Positions 57,333 through 64,000 of a DNA stretch of 64,000 nt are shown here, piece after piece. A program made the position numbers and the translations under genes. Under the pieces are notes generated by a model. That model was not told where the DNA came from and made no database searches. It saw nothing but the letters and a program-made list of their open reading frames with translations. The stretch spans positions 32,001-96,000 of IMG/VR virus record IMGVR_UViG_3300044551_000092, one strand, 5' to 3'. This DNA comes from a virus. Its lineage: Duplodnaviria; Caudoviricetes. The number at the start of each line of letters is the position of its first letter. Positions within the stretch are counted from its first letter, which is position 1.

Positions 57333-58445
57333 ATGAATCAAAATAACGAAATAACTAGAAATAGAAAGATTCATTTAGAATTTATCGCTTTTAATCGTAC
57401 GAATCATCCAATAGCCCTTGATCGGCCGCCAGAGGTAACGATTAAACGTAAGAATCCAAATGGTCTTCAACTAATAGATAATGTTAAACTAAATGTGATG
57501 AAAAATCTTTCTTATAGCACAGATTATAATACCAGAAAATTATCTGCTGGAAGTTATTTTCTAATCTATCAAGGATTTTATCATCAAAAAAAAATAAGTA
57601 AAACTGATTCTGTTTCTATAGTTGAACCAGCGGTCAAAGTGCTGGAAACGGAATCTGAAGATAATGCTGAAACATCTTCGACTGATTTAACTAAAGCCAT
57701 TCTACCTCCTGATTATCAAATTGAAACACAGAAGGTAATCAAAAATCAACAAATTACAATCACGCCAATCACTAAGCTTAATTATAATACCGATTATGTG
57801 ATTGTTCTCGGTTCGTCTATTCAATCTGAAAATGGTGATTCTTTAGAACAAACCAAAACGATTCAATTCAGTTCTGAGTTTTGTCCATTGTATGCCGAAC
57901 CAAATGAATTAAAAAACCCGCTAGGTGTTTTCTTCAATTTGTTTAAACAAAAGGCTTTATATATTGAACTAAGAAATGCCAGTCAAAAAGCACATCAATT
58001 AATTGGACGGACACCCGATCCGAATAATACATCGTTTCAGCTTCTTACGGAATTGGATACGCAATATTTCCCAACGACGAAATTTGTGATCTATGAAGCA
58101 GCTATTCATTTACTTAATCAATTGCTTTTTATTTTGATTTCTAAACAAGAAAATATATCATCCGATCCTGATACCGGAGAAATTATTGATACATCTGATC
58201 TGGCCAAATTTACACTTGGTGATTTGAGTGTTGAATCGCAATCAACATCGGATGGTAATGGAAATTCTAATAGCTCTAGTCAAATAAATTATGTCAATTT
58301 AATCAATACAATGTTGGCTGACGCAAATCGGAACCTTTTGTTTTGGCAAGATGCTTTGCTGAATCGAAATGCCAGAGGTTATAGTTCGCCACTTAGCGCA
58401 GTAACTAGATCAGGGACGACAGCACCAACAAGTAGGGATTTTTAA
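57333..58445 (+). CDS. putative neck/head-tail adaptor protein
   Basis: Position; Ig-like segment; FTLGDLSV. Confidence 0.55.
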   Translation: MNQNNEITRNRKIHLEFIAFNRTNHPIALDRPPEVTIKRKNPNGLQLIDNVKLNVMKNLSYSTDYNTRKLSAGSYFLIYQGFYHQKKISKTDSVSIVEPAVKVLETESEDNAETSSTDLTKAILPPDYQIETQKVIKNQQITITPITKLNYNTDYVIVLGSSIQSENGDSLEQTKTIQFSSEFCPLYAEPNELKNPLGVFFNLFKQKALYIELRNASQKAHQLIGRTPDPNNTSFQLLTELDTQYFPTTKFVIYEAAIHLLNQLLFILISKQENISSDPDTGEIIDTSDLAKFTLGDLSVESQSTSDGNGNSNSSSQINYVNLINTMLADANRNLLFWQDALLNRNARGYSSPLSAVTRSGTTAPTSRDF

Positions 58446-58924
58446 TGGACATTCGAGCTGAAGTAAAAAAAATATTAGAAAACTACGGACATTATGTTCT
58501 CTATCTTCGTCGAGATCTTCGGTTAAAATGCGACTGTTATCAGGAAAACGCGGAAACTGCAGATCCAAACTGTCCATTATGCTTTGGAACGGGTTATAAA
58601 GTATCGATTGAGAAAATATTAGCACGGCGTCAATCAAGCTCTAATAATTCAACCGTGCCTAATAATTTACTTAATCAATCTGCCGGTAAATTCTACAATA
58701 ATCCAATGATCTATTATCTTCCCTATCAGGTTAATCCAAAAAACGGAGATCTGATTATAGAAGTGAAATGGATGAACCAAAAAGCTACTGGCATTAAAGA
58801 GAAACACTTTATTACAAATGTTCAAGATAAACGAGGCATAAATGGATCCGTGATGTTTTTTCAAGTTTATTGTCAGAATGAGCCTCGTGGAGTGAATGAC
58901 AATGCTCGTATCTCCAAAGATTAA
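58445..58924 (+). CDS. putative head-closure/neck protein
   Basis: CDC...CPLCFGTGY, PKNGDLI. Confidence 0.6.
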   Translation: MDIRAEVKKILENYGHYVLYLRRDLRLKCDCYQENAETADPNCPLCFGTGYKVSIEKILARRQSSSNNSTVPNNLLNQSAGKFYNNPMIYYLPYQVNPKNGDLIIEVKWMNQKATGIKEKHFITNVQDKRGINGSVMFFQVYCQNEPRGVNDNARISKD

Positions 58925-59954
58925 TTATCAAAGAAATTCACCGGTTACTCTGTATCGTGAAATACCTGAGGGGAAGAGTCTTATTGTTGCTGGAACCTCG
59001 GAAAAAGGTACACTATATAATCCAATCCGTATTCATAATGAGGATAATGTCATCGACAATTTTGGTTCTGGCCCATTGCTTGACCGGTATCATGAGTTAA
59101 TTTACTATTTTCAAAACATGGACGTTTATATGATGCGAATAGAAGCAAATAGTTATTCTCCGATTTACCGTGTGCTGTCCAGTTTTGATTGTGATTACCT
59201 TTATATAGATCAATTCAATTTCGGAAACAGCAAACAGAATCTTGTTGATTTCGTGGATTTTGCACTTGATCAAGAAGCACGAGGCCGATGGGTGCATCTA
59301 TTTTCAGAAATTATGCCAATAGAAACTGATGGAGATTTAGAGCAGGTCAAAGCCTGCATCGCTGGATTGACGCTTTACTATAATAATACACTTCATGAGT
59401 TTGGTCGTTTCTTTTCGGCAGTTTATGATCAATTTTCTAATGCGAAAGCAGGCATAGTTTATGCAGGTATCTTGCTATCTTTAGATAATGAGATTTCTCC
59501 GATTAATAAAACGATAGATCATGTTTATTTATCTAAAGAATTTACCAGAAAACAACTTTTCGATTTAGATCATTCTGGGATTGTTTGCTTTAGAAACAGC
59601 CTCAAAAGAGGCATTGTCTGTGCGGCAGCTCCGTGTGCTTGCAACACACCCGGCAGCGCTTATGGTCATATTACAAATTTTAGAATTATGCAATATCTCA
59701 TTAACATGGTCCAGAATTCATTCAATAAATATATCGGTAAACTCAATTTGCTAATGTATGAGAATGACATGAATAGCTTACTTGACCAGATTCTAGATCA
59801 AATGAAAAATGACGAAATGATTCGGGATTATGATTTCAGGATTGACCTTGATGAAGCATCCATGTATACCGTTGCTAACCTCAATATCTTAGCCGTTCCA
59901 ATTTTTACAACGAAAACGATTCGTGCCTCGGTGCAGCTAAGAATCTTTAAATAA
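58896..59954 (+). CDS. short tail-sheath paralogue
   Basis: N- and C-terminal motifs align with 60550..63393. Confidence 0.7.
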   Translation: MTMLVSPKINYQRNSPVTLYREIPEGKSLIVAGTSEKGTLYNPIRIHNEDNVIDNFGSGPLLDRYHELIYYFQNMDVYMMRIEANSYSPIYRVLSSFDCDYLYIDQFNFGNSKQNLVDFVDFALDQEARGRWVHLFSEIMPIETDGDLEQVKACIAGLTLYYNNTLHEFGRFFSAVYDQFSNAKAGIVYAGILLSLDNEISPINKTIDHVYLSKEFTRKQLFDLDHSGIVCFRNSLKRGIVCAAAPCACNTPGSAYGHITNFRIMQYLINMVQNSFNKYIGKLNLLMYENDMNSLLDQILDQMKNDEMIRDYDFRIDLDEASMYTVANLNILAVPIFTTKTIRASVQLRIFK

Positions 59955-59968
59955 AAGAGTGACTTTCG

Positions 59969-60544
59969 ATGAAAGACGAAACGCTGATGCATGGCTTCAG
60001 TTATTACGAATTTATCAGTGGGCTTCAACAGCTATGGCAGCAGGCTGGTCATTTAGCGAAAATTTTTCGAAAAGATTCTGCGGATAATCTTCTTGAAGAA
60101 AATCTACCATGTATAGTCTATCATTTGATAGATCGTGTCCCTTTTCAAGGCAAGGGGGTTCGACCTGAGCGTCGGCCTCAGCGTAGGGGATACATAAACC
60201 ATCCGGATAATCCAGACAAATTCGTTGAGGTCTTTGGTCAGATGTTCTCAATGACGGTTGAGTTTACGGTTTGTTCGCTGAATGCCAATGAGGCGGACGA
60301 TTTAGTCGGCGAATTTGAAGATTTCATGTATCTCTATAACATGCATTTTCAAAATCAGCGAATTATTCAACTTAATTTTCTAAAACAACTGGAAGATAAG
60401 ATAGATACTCGCAATAGCAAGCGCGTGCATATGCGTCCTCTTCAGTTTGTTATTACTTACGAAAGACGATCACATAGAATCCTTAATCCAATTCAAAATT
60501 TGGGCGTTAAAGCTCAGATCTCTCACGATGAGAAGGAGGAATAA
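59969..60544 (+). CDS. putative tail terminator/completion protein
   Basis: Position before the sheath gene. Confidence 0.5.
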   Translation: MKDETLMHGFSYYEFISGLQQLWQQAGHLAKIFRKDSADNLLEENLPCIVYHLIDRVPFQGKGVRPERRPQRRGYINHPDNPDKFVEVFGQMFSMTVEFTVCSLNANEADDLVGEFEDFMYLYNMHFQNQRIIQLNFLKQLEDKIDTRNSKRVHMRPLQFVITYERRSHRILNPIQNLGVKAQISHDEKEE

Positions 60545-60549
60545 TAAAT

Positions 60550-63393
60550 ATGGTAGATCAACTTGTTGATCGTTATGAAAATCTGCCAGGCGTTAAGGTA
60601 GGATATGACGATAATAACTTGTATTCCGGACAGAATGTAGCCGTTGCTTCAACACAGTCCGTATTGGTCCTTGGCAGCGCTGTAGACGGTCCTGTCGGCC
60701 AACCGATTAGTGTGATTGAGATTGGTGGACCACAAGCGGCCGAAAGACTCTTTGGCGGCATGATGACAACCAAAATGGTCGATACAGGTGTGCCAAGTCA
60801 AGTCACAGGTGAAACGATTAAAAAGGCCGTTAAAGTCCCAAATCGTGGCAATCTAATTCGGAAGATGTATGAACTGATTGATGCCGGCTGTGATGATATT
60901 CGTTTGCTTCGTCTGGATGGGAAAAAAGCAAAAACGGAGCTTCAGGCGGAGGATGTTTCGGCAGCACTTAATCAGCCTCTGGGCAATGCCGCCGGCAATA
61001 AAGCCTTCGACGGTGAGCTTACAATGGAAGCCGACAGTACTCTTGCGACTGACCCGATTGAAAGTGTCATTGAACTTGATAAGGATGACAAAACCGTCCA
61101 TGAATTAACTGCGGATGAAATAAAGGCTCTCATCAAAAAAATCAATGATGAAGAAACACCTGTGAAAATTAGCTTTAATGAAAATCGAGTACTGCCTGGA
61201 CATAAGATTGAAGTAAAATTCAAATACAATAAACGAAATTATAAAGAAGTCCAAAACACGGATGAGGATGGCGTACTGACCCAGGATCCATCCAATACGC
61301 ATTATTATTCTAGCAGTCACAACCTATGGTCTGATAACATTCAAGCAGGCCATACGGTCAATGTTTTTGTTGGCAGTAACGCGATTCCACAGTTTAATGC
61401 CAATGGCGAGTTTTTATGGCGCATTGGCAAGGAAGATCTGTCAATTTCTGATCCTCTTCATGATATTTATACAAAGACTGAATATCAACAAGGAGGCATT
61501 CGCTTCACGACTGCGTATGACAGAGAAGTTGATGCGGGCACTTATCCGGCTCTGAGTAAAGATGTTGCCGTTCGCGCTGATTACTTCTACTACACAGAAG
61601 TTGCAATGGAAGGCGACAATAAATACGATATCCCCGGCGATGATACACAATATCCTCTGGACTATATTCCGACCTCAAGTGACTTCTCCGTTTATTACGA
61701 ATCAGCTGGCAAGAAAATAACGCTGCAAGTCATTGATGCCGATCATGCTGATGGGCAATATTCGATTCTTTATCCGGAAGCTGGATCGACGGAAAAAGTG
61801 AAAGTGGTTGTTAAGTCAGGAACAGTTCCGGTTGGTGTTCGACTGTTTGCAAGCTATAAAACTGCAAGTGGAGAAGAAAAAACACCTGTTTTAATTGTTG
61901 AGGGCTTGTATCCTGGTGAAGCCTATGGCTCATTAAAAGATACTTACGATTTAGATTCCTACACTGGGGTGAGCATTCTCGTACAGAATGACACCTCGGC
62001 CAGTAATAATCTTGGCTATCAAAAAATCATTACTTTTTACAAGCCGGAATCAAAACAATTAGCTATGAACGATCTCGTTTTGGAATACAAGACGAAAGAT
62101 CTTCCTGGCGTTGAAACGCTCCGTGAGTTCTGTAATTACGTGAATAACGACCCAAACAACAACATTGTCCATCTAAATGTTCCGGTGGGCGATGGCGATT
62201 GCAAATTGCAAGGGCTATTTGAAACACCTAAAGCAGTTAAACTGGGTCAGAAACGCAATACAGTTACCAGCGAATATGAATTTTACATCGACATGGATAA
62301 GAGTATTGACGATCCGGAAAGATTCCCTTGGCTTGGAAGCAATGGCTTTTTCAATACAAATGACCTAGCCAGTATGAAACACCTTTATGAAATTTTAGGC
62401 GGCATTTATGAAAAGACCGTGGATGACTATAAATTAGTGACTCCTGGTGTCTATCAGAACTTGGAGAACTATGCTGTTGATCGCATTTTCCTTGCCGAAG
62501 CTTTTCACAATTCGTCGATCGGTGAAAAACAGTTTGATGACGCAACTGGCAAGACAGTTCTCGTTGCCTCTGAAAATAAACGATTTTCTACGCAGTTGGC
62601 TCAGCATTGCGCTATTGTAACCGCGAAAACTTGGGAATGCACGGGTGTTATCGCGGTCCGGCCAGTCGAAGATGCTTCACTGCTTGGCGTTCAGAGTTAT
62701 ATCGATGAACTTTGCGCCGGAGGACAAAATGCTCATTATCTTTACGACCAGGCAACCAATGAACCAATATTAAACGACGATCAGCAAAAGGTTGATATTG
62801 GCGGTTATCTTGATGTGATTTATGGACCTGAAGTGGGCATGGAGAACAAGGACATTGGTACCTACTATACTTCTGGCGATGCTGCGTATACAGGCTTGAT
62901 TTCGAAGCTTGTTCCGACGACAGCGCCGACCAACCAGAAAGTGGTCGTTCAGGGACTGCGTTACATTCTGTCTGAGGCACAACATAACCAGCTTGCCGGC
63001 GCACACTATGTTACCTTCGATCGATTAGTCGCTATGAATGGCTCTGTCAGTTACATTGTTAAAACCGGTGTAACAGCTGCTGGCAGTAAATCAGACTACC
63101 AAAGACGGTCTACGGTAAATATCGTTCATAACATTGTTCAAGGAATCCGAATCGTTGCGACTCCGTTTATCGGTCAGCCTAATGGCCTTGCGCAGCAACA
63201 CTCGTTGGCCACCGCAATTCAAAGTTTCCTTGATGCTAAGAAAGAGGCCGGATATCTTCAAGACTTTGAATTTGAAGTTTATTCTGGCACACAAGATAAG
63301 ATTCGCGGAAACTCATTTATATCACTGATGCTTGTTCCAGCCTTTGAAACACAGAAGATCAGGACGAATGTCGGCCTTAGAGCCAGTCTCTAA
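60550..63393 (+). CDS. contractile tail sheath protein
   Basis: LPGV, GSAVDGPVGQP, APTNQ, PFIGQPN, LVPAFETQKI. Confidence 0.85.
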   Translation: MVDQLVDRYENLPGVKVGYDDNNLYSGQNVAVASTQSVLVLGSAVDGPVGQPISVIEIGGPQAAERLFGGMMTTKMVDTGVPSQVTGETIKKAVKVPNRGNLIRKMYELIDAGCDDIRLLRLDGKKAKTELQAEDVSAALNQPLGNAAGNKAFDGELTMEADSTLATDPIESVIELDKDDKTVHELTADEIKALIKKINDEETPVKISFNENRVLPGHKIEVKFKYNKRNYKEVQNTDEDGVLTQDPSNTHYYSSSHNLWSDNIQAGHTVNVFVGSNAIPQFNANGEFLWRIGKEDLSISDPLHDIYTKTEYQQGGIRFTTAYDREVDAGTYPALSKDVAVRADYFYYTEVAMEGDNKYDIPGDDTQYPLDYIPTSSDFSVYYESAGKKITLQVIDADHADGQYSILYPEAGSTEKVKVVVKSGTVPVGVRLFASYKTASGEEKTPVLIVEGLYPGEAYGSLKDTYDLDSYTGVSILVQNDTSASNNLGYQKIITFYKPESKQLAMNDLVLEYKTKDLPGVETLREFCNYVNNDPNNNIVHLNVPVGDGDCKLQGLFETPKAVKLGQKRNTVTSEYEFYIDMDKSIDDPERFPWLGSNGFFNTNDLASMKHLYEILGGIYEKTVDDYKLVTPGVYQNLENYAVDRIFLAEAFHNSSIGEKQFDDATGKTVLVASENKRFSTQLAQHCAIVTAKTWECTGVIAVRPVEDASLLGVQSYIDELCAGGQNAHYLYDQATNEPILNDDQQKVDIGGYLDVIYGPEVGMENKDIGTYYTSGDAAYTGLISKLVPTTAPTNQKVVVQGLRYILSEAQHNQLAGAHYVTFDRLVAMNGSVSYIVKTGVTAAGSKSDYQRRSTVNIVHNIVQGIRIVATPFIGQPNGLAQQHSLATAIQSFLDAKKEAGYLQDFEFEVYSGTQDKIRGNSFISLMLVPAFETQKIRTNVGLRASL

Positions 63394-63432
63394 AGTTTAA
63401 AAATAGAAAATTAAATTGAGGTGAATACGTCT

Positions 63433-64000
63433 ATGGTTGCACTTAACAATCAGGAAATGGTTAAAACCTTTTCTACTTATAGCGGTGCTGATATCGTTGC
63501 TTCATTTAACGGACGTATTATAGGTGAACTGCAAGGTATCACCTATCGGGTTCAGCGCGAAGTGGCGCCGGTTTATACAATGGGGTATGCAGACCCCCGG
63601 TCTTTTTCCCGCGGCAAACGTGGAATCACAGGAAGTTTAGTCTTCGTTCAATTCTCGCGGGATGCTTTATTGGACGAGATGAAAAAAGATTATCAAAACC
63701 TGCCTAAGCCGATGCTCTATCAATCCTATATTGCAAATGCTAATGGTCAGGGTTCTGGGGGCGCAACAGGTCTGGAAGATCAAATTCTAAATGGCCTGAA
63801 AGCAACTCGAAGTTCTGTTCCTGGCTATGGTATTGAAACTTGGGACGAGCGAATGACAGAACTCGGTTATGGAAAAACAGACAATTTCGATTCGACTCGA
63901 TTAACTGATTTCTTCGTTCCCGAATATGTTGATCAGCTCATGCCATTTAATGTCACCATTACAATGGCCAATGAATACGGAGCAATGGCTGGCCAGGAAA
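63433..64000 (+). CDS. tail tube protein, partial
   Basis: SD GAGGTG; YSGADIVA..GELQGITY..REVAPVYTMG..PRSFSRGKRGITGSL; directly after the sheath gene. Confidence 0.75.
   Translation, partial: MVALNNQEMVKTFSTYSGADIVASFNGRIIGELQGITYRVQREVAPVYTMGYADPRSFSRGKRGITGSLVFVQFSRDALLDEMKKDYQNLPKPMLYQSYIANANGQGSGGATGLEDQILNGLKATRSSVPGYGIETWDERMTELGYGKTDNFDSTRLTDFFVPEYVDQLMPFNVTITMANEYGAMAGQE

Noticed and set aside
60690-60699. Reverse-orientation motif TCCTGTCGGC, and similar GCC-GGAA-GGC (9705) and GCC-GTAA-GGC (19583)
   Set aside because: Deep inside coding sequence, mismatching the core or lacking the flank
1-64000. Genome-wide UGA recoding
   Set aside because: Many genes end in TGA overlapping the next ATG, and long genes are intact in the standard code; only rnhA shows an internal TGA

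Overview
Part of a large Firmicutes (Bacillales-type) myovirus or phage-plasmid genome, with two divergent arms that meet at about 28.1-28.4 kb. The leftward arm (1-28029) holds accessory genes: an E1(ThiF)/E2/Ubl PRTRC-like module, RtcB, an SNF2 helicase, a MerR-HTH coiled-coil protein, two apparently damaged RNase HI genes, a NADAR-Macro-SLOG cluster and a GNAT toxin-like pair. It also holds a GC-richer island encoding a 1151-aa YonO/RdRP-like single-subunit RNA polymerase. The rightward arm carries small proteins (Tad2/DUF2829-like, RyR), a tRNA array (7 plausible tRNAs, several odd tRNA-like RNAs and a roughly 420-nt structured RNA), a ParM/ParR-like pair and a morphogenesis operon. That operon has a large terminase split by a 388-nt group I intron, a portal-MuF fusion, protease/scaffold, capsid, neck, two sheath paralogues and a partial tail tube. 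The most striking unexplained signal is a recurrent mini-hairpin, YAY-NN-GCC-GRYA-GGC-N'N'. It has covarying stems and lies on the template strand just upstream of six leftward genes, so it is a candidate N4-like hairpin promoter for the YonO-like polymerase. All family calls are by motif recognition; no database searches were run.
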